64,000 bases of DNA from Bacteroidota bacterium. GTDB lineage: Bacteria > Bacteroidota > Bacteroidia > Chitinophagales > LD1. Position 1 is the stretch's first letter. Each line of letters opens with the position of its first letter. The stretch is from positions 1,597 through 65,596 of the forward strand of contig CANJVG010000005.1 in the NCBI GenBank assembly GCA_947478005.1, written 5' to 3'. A model generated the notes under the pieces. That model saw only the letters and a list, made by a program, of their open reading frames with translations, made no database searches and was not told the DNA's origin. The translations under genes were made by a program, and so were the position numbers. Of the stretch, positions 34,827 through 44,419 are shown piece by piece.

Positions 34827-35864
34827 ATGAAGGAATTTAATAAGGAAGAAGTATTAACCGATTTTAAAAACTGGAATCAAAAAGTAAAGAAGTATCAACT
34901 GCCAAGTACAAGCAGCGCCATCATCCAGTTGGCGGATAGTTTTGGCTTTTATATCGGTCTGCTGCTTTTGCAGTTTTACCTCTACGACAAAACGATTGTT
35001 GGTTCGGTTGCCTTAGCGGTGCTCAACGGATTTATTCTCGGTCGTATATTTATCATTCAGCACGATTGCGGGCACCAGTCGTTTACAAAAAGCAGAACAG
35101 CCAATAATATTATCGGCACTATTTGCAGTATCTGCACTATCATTCCTTATAAATATTGGGCTAAATCGCACAACTTTCACCATGCTCATAACGGTCAATT
35201 GGAAGTAAGCGATATTGGTGATGTGCAGTGCCTCACTACCGAGGAATATGCCCAACTCGGATGGAAACAGAAAGTGGCTTATCGTATTTACCGCAATCCG
35301 TTTTATCTGTTCACGATAGGCGGGTTTGTGTATGTGGTGCTTTACAACCGCTTTGCGTTGCTAAAGACCGGGCAATTTGAAAAAGTGCGCAAGTATGTAA
35401 CCATCAGCAACATCATGTTTGCGGTTCTTTATTCTGTGTTCGCCTGGCTGATTGGGGTAGATAGATTCCTGGTGGTGCAATTTGCCAATCTGCTTTTCTT
35501 CGGCACTTATGCCCTTTGGTTTTTCTATATCCAGCATCAGTATGAGTTCATTTACAAAAGCGGAAAAGAGAATTGGGATTATGTGCTGTCGGCCATAAAG
35601 GGGAGTACTTATTACAAACTGCCAGGAGTAGCGCATTGGCTAACCGGTAACATCGGCTATCACCACATTCACCATTTGTGCCCCACTATACCTAACTATA
35701 ATTTGAAGCGCTGCCACTTCGACAATCCTGAATTTGAGAAGCACGTCAACACGCTTACTTTCTGGAAGAGTTTAAAGACCGTGCGTGCCAATCTGTGGGA
35801 TGCCACCCAACAAAAAATGGTTTCGTTCAGAGAATACAAACGGTTGAGAAGACAAGGTGTTTAA
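34827..35864 (+). CDS. membrane fatty acid desaturase
   Basis: Three histidine boxes: HDCGHQSF, HNFHHAHNG and HHIHHL. Confidence 0.85.
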   Translation: MKEFNKEEVLTDFKNWNQKVKKYQLPSTSSAIIQLADSFGFYIGLLLLQFYLYDKTIVGSVALAVLNGFILGRIFIIQHDCGHQSFTKSRTANNIIGTICSICTIIPYKYWAKSHNFHHAHNGQLEVSDIGDVQCLTTEEYAQLGWKQKVAYRIYRNPFYLFTIGGFVYVVLYNRFALLKTGQFEKVRKYVTISNIMFAVLYSVFAWLIGVDRFLVVQFANLLFFGTYALWFFYIQHQYEFIYKSGKENWDYVLSAIKGSTYYKLPGVAHWLTGNIGYHHIHHLCPTIPNYNLKRCHFDNPEFEKHVNTLTFWKSLKTVRANLWDATQQKMVSFREYKRLRRQGV

Positions 35865-35870
35865 TACCTT

Positions 35871-35910
35871 AAAAAAGAAAGGGGCTTCCATCGAAGCCCC
35901 TTTCTTTTTT
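35871..35910. terminator. bidirectional intrinsic terminator between the convergent desaturase and mdh genes
   Basis: AAAAAAGAAAGGGGCTTC-CATC-GAAGCCCCTTTCTTTTTT. Confidence 0.85.
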
Positions 35911-35928
35911 AAAATAAGGAAGATGAAT

Positions 35929-36864
35929 TTACAGCGTCAAGGTGTCAAGCACGCTGTTCATGCTGCGTACTGCATCGGCACTTTTGTTGAAAGCATCCTG
36001 CTCTGCTGCATCCAGTTTGTAATCCACAATCTTTTCCCATCCGTTCTTGCCAATCACTACCGGCACGCCTAAGCAAATATCTTTCTGACCGTATTCGCCA
36101 TCCAGCGCTACGCAGCAAGGGAACACTTTCTTTTCATCGCGTACAATGCTTTCTACTAAAGCGGCTCCTGCAGCACCCGGTGCATACCAGGCAGAAGTTC
36201 CGATAAGCTTAGTAAGTGTAGCACCGCCTACCATTGTATCGGCAGCTACTTTTTGCAAAGTGGCAGCATCCAATAAATTAGAAACAGGGTTTCCATTTAA
36301 TACAGCAAGGCGTGTAAGAGGAATCATTGTAGTATCACCATGTCCGCCAACTACCACCGCATGCAAATCAGCTGCTGAACAATTCAATGCCTGCGTCAAA
36401 TAATATTTAAAACGGGCGCTGTCCAGAATTCCTCCCATACCGATAATACGGTTCTTAGGAAGTCCGCTTGATTTAAGCGCCAGATAAGTCATGGTATCCA
36501 TCGGGTTGCTGATAACCACAATGATGGCGTTTGGAGAATGCTTTAAAATATTTTCAGTCACGCCCTTCACAATCGAAGCGTTTGTACCAATCAATTCTTC
36601 ACGAGTCATGCCCGGCTTGCGCGGAATGCCCGAAGTAATAACGGCCACATCGGTTCCGGCAGTCTTGGTATAATCATTGGTAGAACCTATCACACGTGTG
36701 TCGAAACCCAACAGCGTGGCAGTTTGGTTCATGTCCATGGCTTTGCCTTCGGCAATGCCTTCTTTAATATCTACTAAAACAAGTTCCTGGCAAAGTTCTT
36801 TGCGGGCAATATTATCGGCAACGGTTGCGCCTACTGCACCTGCTCCAACTACGGTAATTTTCAT
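35929..36864 (-). CDS. mdh: malate dehydrogenase (LDH-like MDH)
   Basis: Start reassigned to MKITVVGAGAVGAT (ATG 36864-36862). Supporting motifs are VITSGIPRKPGMTREEL, ISNPMD and GGHGDT. The 85-aa N-terminal extension in the track would overlap the next gene. Confidence 0.9.
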   Translation of the reverse strand: MKITVVGAGAVGATVADNIARKELCQELVLVDIKEGIAEGKAMDMNQTATLLGFDTRVIGSTNDYTKTAGTDVAVITSGIPRKPGMTREELIGTNASIVKGVTENILKHSPNAIIVVISNPMDTMTYLALKSSGLPKNRIIGMGGILDSARFKYYLTQALNCSAADLHAVVVGGHGDTTMIPLTRLAVLNGNPVSNLLDAATLQKVAADTMVGGATLTKLIGTSAWYAPGAAGAALVESIVRDEKKVFPCCVALDGEYGQKDICLGVPVVIGKNGWEKIVDYKLDAAEQDAFNKSADAVRSMNSVLDTLTL

Positions 36865-36955
36865 TTGTATTATTTTTTGAAAGGTTTGAAAAAATTTGGC
36901 GTGCAAACATAACCGAATCACCAAAACCAGCAAATGACTTTCGGCAGCAATCCTA

Positions 36956-37690
36956 TTACCTGGATTTCTTCTTTTTCTTCTTAAAACTATCGGGAATGTC
37001 CCATGCATAAACCACCGCAATGGCCTGCACCAGGTCGGGGTACTTTGAACTGAAATCGGGCTGCGCCATATACACGAGGTTGATGCTGTGCATCTTTTTG
37101 AATGCATATTCCAGACCACCGATAAAAGCTACTCTGCGCACATTCATTCCCCGATAATCAAAAAGAGTATAAGCCTCGGCTGTCACATAAGCGCCCCATT
37201 GTTTTTTGAAATCCCAACGAACCTCAATACGGTTTCTCCAGTAGTTGGTGGGGAAATGTCCGTGCTCATAGGTACGGGCAAAGTATTCGTTTTCATGAAA
37301 ATAGGCCATGCGGTAAGCAAAAACCCAATTCTTGTATTTATACCTTGCCTTCACCCCAAATTCAAAGCGATACAGATTCTTTTCCGGAGTAATCACCCCT
37401 CTGAATTGAAAATCGGGCTGGAGAAACTTAAAGGCCTTATACTTAACACTGGCGTAAAAATAATGGCCATCTATAGCCCTGTTCATTAAATCAGCTCGCA
37501 TCACGTACTGCACATTGGCATTCCAGCCATACTTGAAATCCTTATTCAGCTTGATACTTGGCCAAAGCTGAAAGGTGCTGTGGTAGTTGTTGTACCCCAT
37601 GTCTGCATTGTCCTGACCATTCACCGTGATGGTAAACAGCAAGATGAGAAAGCTGACAGGAAGTGTTGATTTAAAGAACCGGATATTCAA
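36956..37690 (-). CDS. DUF2490-like outer-membrane beta-barrel protein (hypothetical)
   Basis: Signal peptide and an aromatic-rich alternating pattern. TTG start. The family call comes from memory of DUF2490 and is tentative. Confidence 0.55.
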   Translation of the reverse strand: MNIRFFKSTLPVSFLILLFTITVNGQDNADMGYNNYHSTFQLWPSIKLNKDFKYGWNANVQYVMRADLMNRAIDGHYFYASVKYKAFKFLQPDFQFRGVITPEKNLYRFEFGVKARYKYKNWVFAYRMAYFHENEYFARTYEHGHFPTNYWRNRIEVRWDFKKQWGAYVTAEAYTLFDYRGMNVRRVAFIGGLEYAFKKMHSINLVYMAQPDFSSKYPDLVQAIAVVYAWDIPDSFKKKKKKSR

Positions 37691-37722
37691 TTGATGATTT
37701 GTAACTCGTAATTAATAGTTGC

Positions 37723-38457
37723 CTAATCGTCACCATCACCTGTTCCGTAAGAGCTCATTTCGTTTTCCATTGAATAATAAAACGCGCGTAGGCGGGCAAT
37801 GTCGCGCAGGAAATCAATCTTGATTATCTCAACACGATGCACCGGAAGACCGGTTCTGCTTTTTATATCTGCCAACATCTGTTCGCGAACTTCAGGTTTT
37901 ATTAAATCAATGCGCTCATACACTATGTCTTTCCAGTTTTCGTGTTCCAGACCAAGTTGTCGGTCAAGAAACACAATCATTCCGAGAATGATAGCGTCTG
38001 CAAACAACAATACCACTATGCTGTGGTCCATTAAATACAAAGCACTTAATAATCCTTTGGTTCGGGAGAAGTCCACCAACTCGTTTAAACTGGTATTAAT
38101 ATCTGCCAAGGCATTAATGATACCCACCGTTACACAAATGAAGAAGTAGCCCATCTCTCGAATAGGCACCGCTACGGTACGATAGCGCAGAATAGAGAAG
38201 ATGGCAAACAGTCCAAATGCAAAACCGATTTTCAGTTTCAAACTGCTCAGCAAAAAGCAGATTAGAAAGTTCACCGTATTGAAAAGGAAGAAGGTGAAAA
38301 CAAAGTCTTTGTTCTTGTGCCTTGGATAATAAATATAGCGCACCAGGGTAATGATGACCAAAAGATTTAATCCATATCGAATAATGAAATCGAGTAGGTT
38401 GCCACTTACAAAAGGCAAACTGGTGTTAACTACTTCACTGAGGGTTTCTGTTTCCAT
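37723..38457 (-). CDS. DUF4956-like membrane protein
   Basis: Four to five TM helices followed by a soluble tail. It overlaps the upstream VTC-domain gene by 23 nt, and this pairing is common. Confidence 0.55.
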   Translation of the reverse strand: METETLSEVVNTSLPFVSGNLLDFIIRYGLNLLVIITLVRYIYYPRHKNKDFVFTFFLFNTVNFLICFLLSSLKLKIGFAFGLFAIFSILRYRTVAVPIREMGYFFICVTVGIINALADINTSLNELVDFSRTKGLLSALYLMDHSIVVLLFADAIILGMIVFLDRQLGLEHENWKDIVYERIDLIKPEVREQMLADIKSRTGLPVHRVEIIKIDFLRDIARLRAFYYSMENEMSSYGTGDGDD

Positions 38458-39223
38458 TCTTAATGATTTTATCTATTTTAATAAAGTTGGGTTTAAACGC
38501 GTTGTTCTTAATGTCTTCCATCATGGCTACAGCCGTGGAGTATTTGCTAAAGCCTACCTCTTCAAAGTTTCGCTTATTGAAACTCTTGATGATGGGGCTG
38601 CCGGTAGCACTCTTTTCGGTTTTTACTTCGGCTATTATTAACTCAGGAAATTCTTTTTCCTTTTTAAAGTTATCGAACACGATATGCAAATCGAGCGTAA
38701 GACGCTCGTTCATCTTTTTGCTTGCCAACGTGATACGGTTAAAGTAAATCCACATTTTTTTATTCAGCTGCGTTTCATCCAACTGATGATGCTTTACCAA
38801 TTTTAGTTCTTCCGCAGTCAGGTCCAACTTCAAATCGCTTTGTTGAAGACGTTTCTTGTCAGTTCGGTTTCCTTTCACTTTATATTTCACTTCAAAATAA
38901 ACCAAGCCTGAATCTGAATATCTGCGATAGCGAACCTTCAAACGATTCAACTTACCGTTGTGGTGAAACTTATAGAGCAAGTAATCGTCCGTATCAAAAT
39001 ATAAAGACTCATAACGAAACATCCGTCCTCCATCAATCTCCAGCGCGTAATAATCCTCCTTCATTTCTTCCAATATTTCAGCAAACTGGTCGATATGAAA
39101 AACATATTTAGTGTCAATACGATTGAGCATACGCACTTCATCCAACCCTTTTAAGGTGATGGGTGAAAAAGTGCGAAGCACCTGTTCTATTTTATTTTCT
39201 TCCTCTTGGTAATTAAAAGACAT
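38435..39223 (-). CDS. VTC-domain (polyphosphate polymerase / CYTH-like) protein
   Basis: RIDTKYVF, YESLYFDTDDYLLY..HHNGKLNRLKVRYRRY and IAEVK are characteristic of the VTC/CYTH tunnel fold. Confidence 0.7.
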   Translation of the reverse strand: MSFNYQEEENKIEQVLRTFSPITLKGLDEVRMLNRIDTKYVFHIDQFAEILEEMKEDYYALEIDGGRMFRYESLYFDTDDYLLYKFHHNGKLNRLKVRYRRYSDSGLVYFEVKYKVKGNRTDKKRLQQSDLKLDLTAEELKLVKHHQLDETQLNKKMWIYFNRITLASKKMNERLTLDLHIVFDNFKKEKEFPELIIAEVKTEKSATGSPIIKSFNKRNFEEVGFSKYSTAVAMMEDIKNNAFKPNFIKIDKIIKNGNRNPQ

Positions 39224-39224
39224 T

Positions 39225-39611
39225 TCAATAGTAATTTATCAGGTCTCTTACCTCCACGGTTTCGCGTGGTTTATTGATGCTTACATGCGCTACATCATAC
39301 GATTGTTTTAAGGGACAGGTGTCACACTTATTCAGAATCCAAACCGTGTAATCGCCTGTATGTAGAAAAGGGAAGGCATATTCGCCCGTGTAGGAGGAAT
39401 TGGCGTTTTGATCTTCCCATGTATGATTTCCATATGATAAATACACGTTTACGCCTGATTTATATCCTGAATCGGCTCCGGTAGTTTTATAGGCATATAC
39501 CTTCCCGTGAATTGTTGCCTGCCCGCCATCACCGGGTTCCTTCTTACAGGAACTGATAACGGTAAAAAGAAAGGCTATTGCCAGGAATGAAATTTTAATT
39601 CTGTCTCTCAT
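39225..39611 (-). CDS. hypothetical lipoprotein (carboxypeptidase-regulatory-like beta sandwich?)
   Basis: Lipobox VISSC; 128 aa; its stop is 2 nt from the start of the next gene. Confidence 0.5.
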   Translation of the reverse strand: MRDRIKISFLAIAFLFTVISSCKKEPGDGGQATIHGKVYAYKTTGADSGYKSGVNVYLSYGNHTWEDQNANSSYTGEYAFPFLHTGDYTVWILNKCDTCPLKQSYDVAHVSINKPRETVEVRDLINYY

Positions 39612-39624
39612 GGGTTGTTTTTGA

Positions 39625-42528
39625 TTATTGCAGTATCAATTTAGACTCAACAGTTTTGTTGCCACAGCTAACACGCATAAAATAGATGCCGGCCTGCCAG
39701 TTAGAAGCTTCCAGTGTGTAGCTTGAATTGGTTGGAATAGCTGAAACCAGTTCCTTGCCCAACACATCAAAAACCTTTATGCTGTTATTGCTGTTTTCGG
39801 TAAACATCGCACTGCTAACTGTAAACTGTCCATGCGAAGGATTTGGATAGACCTTTACGTTTATTTCGTTTTTTACTTCATTAATGCCGGAAACAAGGTC
39901 ATACTTAATGGTAAGGAAATCCTTTTGGTTTGTGGCATCAAAAGTCCCCCATCCGGTTACATAAACCACTCCGTTGTCTAACAAAACAGCACTGTTGGCA
40001 TCGCTGGAAGTAGCAACGCCATTAAACGAGATATGGTTTAACTCTAACCCTGTCGAAGAGTATACAACAGTTGTTCCATTGAAATTCTTATCGAGTAAAG
40101 AACCCTCATCCGTTTGTCCGGTTACATAGACCGTACCGGTTGCATCAACGGCTACATCATAAGCCGCATCTATAGAATTGGCGGCACCGTTAAATGTTTT
40201 TTCCCATTGCTTTGCACCGGTATTGTTGTATTTCACGGTAACATAATCGGTGTTAACTGCTGCTGTGGAATCGACATCCGAAGCACCTGTTACGTAAATA
40301 TTTCCTGCAGCGTCTAAGGTCATGTTGTTCAAATCATCTTCGCCATTTCCCACTCCGTTGTACAATTGCTGCCACTGTTCGACTCCTGCGCTGTTGTATT
40401 GAATTATAAGAAAATCAATATTGTTTGCGGCTGAAGCATCTCTATCGCTCTTTGCACCCACTACCACGTTGCTGTTGTTATCCAGCTTAATCTTCACAGG
40501 CGCATCATCGCCAAGGTTAGAAGCGTAAACTGCAAATGCAGTTTGTGTTCCGTTAGCCGAAGAATATTGTAAGGTCTGAATATCATAGTCAGTCCCGTTC
40601 CAAACTTTTCCTGTAACAAAGGCGTCACCTGCCGAATTTAGGGCAATGGCGCTTGCTTTATCATCCCCATTGGCGGTGCCGTTAAATATTTTTGCCCACT
40701 GCAAAGCTCCGGCAGCATTATATTTTAAAGTAACAAAGTCATTGTTTACCAACAACGAGGCATCCTGGTCAGTAATGCCTGTTACATAGATATTCCCGGA
40801 TGCATCAACGACCATATCGTTAGGTTGATCATCACCTGCAACTCCGCCATCATAATTTTTTGTCCATATCGTATCGCCATTAGGATTGTATTTGATAATG
40901 AAAATGTCGTAGTCATTAGCGGCATTCTTGCTTCGGCCGACTACATACACATTGCCTGAACCATCGGGAGCGATGCCAATCGGTTCATCAGTATCGCTGT
41001 TTGGCCCGTTGAATGTTTTTGTCCAAAGTTTATTACCCGCAGCATCGTATTTTATAGTGCAGAAATTTCTGTCCTGATTATAAGCATAAGAATAACCCGT
41101 TCCATAAAGAATGCCGGAACTCATACACAATGCAATGCCTTTGTCTGTAAACTCTCCCAAGCCATTATAGGTTTTGTTGAATTGAAGAGTTCCACCGGCA
41201 TCATGGTTCACCAGTACGGCATCCTTCATAGTAGAAGCATTGACGAAAGCACCTGCTGTGAAAATATTGCCAGAGGCATCTACTACACTTGCGGAGCCAT
41301 TGTCATCAGCATTAGCATCTCCACCGATTATTTTAGAGAATTGCTGTGTGCCAGAGATATTGTATTTCAATACCAGTATATCGTTATTGCTCACTGCGGT
41401 GGTGGAAATGTTAGTGGTGCCCGTTACTATAGCCACATCGCCAGCACCAATAGTAATTTGGTTGGGAGATTCATCTTTTCCGTTCGGATTGGCGTAAGCT
41501 GTTGACCAAAGTTGAGTGCCGTTTGCAGGGTTATAGGCAACAGTTTGAATATCGTTTTGTGCTCCGTTGAATTTAGTGCCCGTAATCACCACTTCGTTCG
41601 TGTTGCCCGCTATGTCTGTTGCCTGGTCGGTGCCGTTGGAGTCATAAAATCTGGGTTGTGCCCATCCGTTGTTGCCGTTGGCGCCCAAATATTTTATAGT
41701 GGCATAATCATCATCTGTTCCATTGCTCGAACGTCCGGTTACATAAGCATCGCCATTGGCATCTACATAAATGCCGGTAGCTCTGTCGGTTTTGCCCGCC
41801 TGGTCATAAGTCTTTGTCCATTGAACCGCTAGGGTGGAGTTATATTTGATGGTAGCGTAATCATCTTTGTTGGCGGTTGTTTTCGATTTACCAGTAACTA
41901 AAATATTTCCCGAAGCATCTATCGCCATATCTGCCAATACATCGTCCAACTGGGCAACTCCGTTGAAGGTTGCTAGATTTTGCTGTGTACCGGCTGCTGA
42001 ATATTTCACCACCAGGTAGTCAAGGTTCAAAGCTGTATTGTAACCATACCCTGCGACATATACGTTGTCTGCAGCATCGGCTGCTATTTTTACTCCATAG
42101 TCATCCAGATTGCCGGTATAATTATATGTAACCAACCAAAGCGAATCGCCATTCGTGCCATATTTATAGGTGGTTATATCCTTGCCGGTTAGGGTTTTGC
42201 TGCTGCCGGTAGCAATGATGTTGCCTGAATTATCGAAGGTTAAGGCGTTTATTTCATCGTTGCCGTTGCCTGTTCCGTCATAGGTGCGGATCCAGAGTGT
42301 GTCGCCTGTGTTGTTAAACTTTACGAGTAGAAAATCTTTGCCATTGCCAGCCCGGAAGGTATATCCCCCTGCATAGACATTGCCCGAAGCATCGGCAATG
42401 AGGGTGTTGAATTTATCGGAATTATCACCTGATCCCGAAAGGGAGGTTGCCCACTGTTGGCTAAGGTTTTGCGACTGAATCTTCAAACCAAAAGCCGTAA
42501 TCCACAGAAAGAGTAATATTTTTTTCAT
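39625..42528 (-). CDS. SBBP beta-propeller repeat protein with a T9SS type-A C-terminal sorting domain
   Basis: About 18 repeats of the D(A)SGN(I/V)YVTG...DY.T.KY type and a signal peptide. The C-terminal tail is VKVYPNPSHGQFTVSS...GIYFMRV. Confidence 0.85.
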   Translation of the reverse strand: MKKILLFLWITAFGLKIQSQNLSQQWATSLSGSGDNSDKFNTLIADASGNVYAGGYTFRAGNGKDFLLVKFNNTGDTLWIRTYDGTGNGNDEINALTFDNSGNIIATGSSKTLTGKDITTYKYGTNGDSLWLVTYNYTGNLDDYGVKIAADAADNVYVAGYGYNTALNLDYLVVKYSAAGTQQNLATFNGVAQLDDVLADMAIDASGNILVTGKSKTTANKDDYATIKYNSTLAVQWTKTYDQAGKTDRATGIYVDANGDAYVTGRSSNGTDDDYATIKYLGANGNNGWAQPRFYDSNGTDQATDIAGNTNEVVITGTKFNGAQNDIQTVAYNPANGTQLWSTAYANPNGKDESPNQITIGAGDVAIVTGTTNISTTAVSNNDILVLKYNISGTQQFSKIIGGDANADDNGSASVVDASGNIFTAGAFVNASTMKDAVLVNHDAGGTLQFNKTYNGLGEFTDKGIALCMSSGILYGTGYSYAYNQDRNFCTIKYDAAGNKLWTKTFNGPNSDTDEPIGIAPDGSGNVYVVGRSKNAANDYDIFIIKYNPNGDTIWTKNYDGGVAGDDQPNDMVVDASGNIYVTGITDQDASLLVNNDFVTLKYNAAGALQWAKIFNGTANGDDKASAIALNSAGDAFVTGKVWNGTDYDIQTLQYSSANGTQTAFAVYASNLGDDAPVKIKLDNNSNVVVGAKSDRDASAANNIDFLIIQYNSAGVEQWQQLYNGVGNGEDDLNNMTLDAAGNIYVTGASDVDSTAAVNTDYVTVKYNNTGAKQWEKTFNGAANSIDAAYDVAVDATGTVYVTGQTDEGSLLDKNFNGTTVVYSSTGLELNHISFNGVATSSDANSAVLLDNGVVYVTGWGTFDATNQKDFLTIKYDLVSGINEVKNEINVKVYPNPSHGQFTVSSAMFTENSNNSIKVFDVLGKELVSAIPTNSSYTLEASNWQAGIYFMRVSCGNKTVESKLILQ

Positions 42529-42813
42529 ACTAGCGTAACAATTGAGTAATAAATAACCAGTCGAAAATAGTAAAAGACCAAAACGATAATAATCCTACTA
42601 CAATGTTCAAATGATTTGAATTGATGAATGAGTAGATCAGATTAGAAGCGATTGAATTACAAAAGGATTTAAAATCCAATTTTTGAAAGCAAAACTCCAA
42701 AACCTAATAGGAGCTAAACCGTTAACTGGTTTGTCGCGGTTAATTGGAAGTACATCTTTTTTGTTGGGTTTTAATTTTCAAACCACAGTATATGGGAAAA
42801 TGTAAATTCTTAG

Positions 42814-43662
42814 CTAGAATTTCATATTCGCTGCCTGTTTTACCCAGTCTTTCTTGGCAAATTGTTTGGCTTTGAATTTTAAAAAGCCCATAGGCATTAA
42901 TCGCTTTATATGGAAAACCAATTTGGCTTGGTAAGGATGAAGAATGTAGAACTTGTTCTTGCCTGCTTGGGTCAAGATATAATCAGCAATTTCATCAGGA
43001 GAATATTTAGCGCGGCTGATAATAGCTTCGCCAATCTTCTTTGATTTTTCATCTCCCTTGTGATACTGCATAATATTGCTTCGGAAGAAAGTCGGGCAAA
43101 CAACACTTGCGTTCACGTTGAAACCATATAACTCGGCATACAAGGTTTCCATCAACGAAATGACTGCCGCCTTCGTTACGTTATACATACCCATGTTCGG
43201 CATGTTTGCCAAACCTGCTGCGCTGGCAATAGAAATGATATGACCGCTTTTTTGTTTTTTCATCAACGGCACCGCATAGTGTGAACCGTAAATTGCCGCC
43301 ATTTGATTGATGCCGGTTATCCAATCCCAATTATCTAAACCGTATTCACCCACCAAACCACCATCACCTACACCCGCATTGTTGATGAGTAAATCAATGC
43401 CATTTGCTTTGGCAATAAAATCATCAAACGCATTTTTGTATTCGTCTTTTTTCGCAACGTCAAATTTATACGTGTACGCTTTACCACCTGCGGCCTCAAT
43501 TAATCTCTTCGATTCAGCCAAGGCTTCTTCCTTAATATCGGTAATACCTATTGTCCAACCATCTTTAGCTAAGGCTAAACTTAATCCTCTGCCTAATCCT
43601 CCTCCTGCACCGGTAATGAATGCGCGTTTACCAATATGTTTTTCTGATAGTTTGTAGGCCAT
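42814..43662 (-). CDS. short-chain dehydrogenase/reductase (SDR)
   Basis: TGAGGGLGRGL cofactor motif, NNAG, and the catalytic YNVTKAA. Confidence 0.85.
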   Translation of the reverse strand: MAYKLSEKHIGKRAFITGAGGGLGRGLSLALAKDGWTIGITDIKEEALAESKRLIEAAGGKAYTYKFDVAKKDEYKNAFDDFIAKANGIDLLINNAGVGDGGLVGEYGLDNWDWITGINQMAAIYGSHYAVPLMKKQKSGHIISIASAAGLANMPNMGMYNVTKAAVISLMETLYAELYGFNVNASVVCPTFFRSNIMQYHKGDEKSKKIGEAIISRAKYSPDEIADYILTQAGKNKFYILHPYQAKLVFHIKRLMPMGFLKFKAKQFAKKDWVKQAANMKF

Positions 43663-43679
43663 TATTGATTGTTTAGATA

Positions 43680-44390
43680 TTAAATACTCCGAACGAATAT
43701 CTTTAAAAAATTTCCAAATTCCTGTAACAGTATCGTAAAATTCATGGTGGAAAGTCGGATTTCAGGACGAAGCTCTACCGGTATTGTTTTAATGTTGAGT
43801 TTTTGACGGGCCGAAAGGAAAATAAATTCAAGGTCAAACAAGTACCGGTTGATAGTGGTTTGCAAAAACACCTCTTTCCCTTTTTGATTAAAACCCTTTA
43901 ATCCACATTGTGTATCATCCGTAGGAATGCGAAGGAAGGTTTGAATGCACCAACGCAATAACTTTGAAATTTGCACTCTGGCTTTGGGTAAATGGTTGTA
44001 GTAGTCTGTCCCTCTAACACCTATAGCTACATCTATATCTTCGTTTTTAAGTGATGTGTAAATATGAAGGAAGCTTTCGAGGGTGTAGGGGAAATCAATA
44101 TCCGTGTAGATAACCAAATCTCCCGAGGACTGTTTGATTCCTTCCCGAAGTGCAAAGCCCTTTCCTTTGTTTTCGGAATACGAAATGATTTTTATGTCGG
44201 TGTATGGCGCAAAGAACGATATAGCTTCCTCTAGTTCAAATTTTTTTGAGCTACCATCATTAACAAGAATAAGTTCGCCCGAGCCTGATTGGTTTTGAAT
44301 AGCTTCAAACTGTTTGATAATGTTCTCGCGCCATCCTTCAATTGGATTGTAGCACGGTAATATAATGGAAAAAGGAGAAGGTGAAGCCAT
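43680..44390 (-). CDS. family 2 glycosyltransferase
   Basis: SIILPCYNP, VNDGS and YTDIDFPY (DxD) motifs. Confidence 0.8.
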   Translation of the reverse strand: MASPSPFSIILPCYNPIEGWRENIIKQFEAIQNQSGSGELILVNDGSSKKFELEEAISFFAPYTDIKIISYSENKGKGFALREGIKQSSGDLVIYTDIDFPYTLESFLHIYTSLKNEDIDVAIGVRGTDYYNHLPKARVQISKLLRWCIQTFLRIPTDDTQCGLKGFNQKGKEVFLQTTINRYLFDLEFIFLSARQKLNIKTIPVELRPEIRLSTMNFTILLQEFGNFLKIFVRSI

Positions 44391-44419
44391 GCCTTAATGA
44401 AGGCCGCAAGATAAATATA

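Noticed and set aside
36865-37119. 85-aa N-terminal extension of the mdh ORF
   Set aside because: MKITVVGAGAVG is the canonical Rossmann N-terminus of MDH. The extension would overlap the 3' end of the DUF2490-like gene.
42529-42813. 285-bp AT-rich intergenic region checked for a tRNA or small RNA
   Set aside because: I could find no cloverleaf-compatible stems, no conserved T-loop (GTTCGAATC-like) and no terminator.
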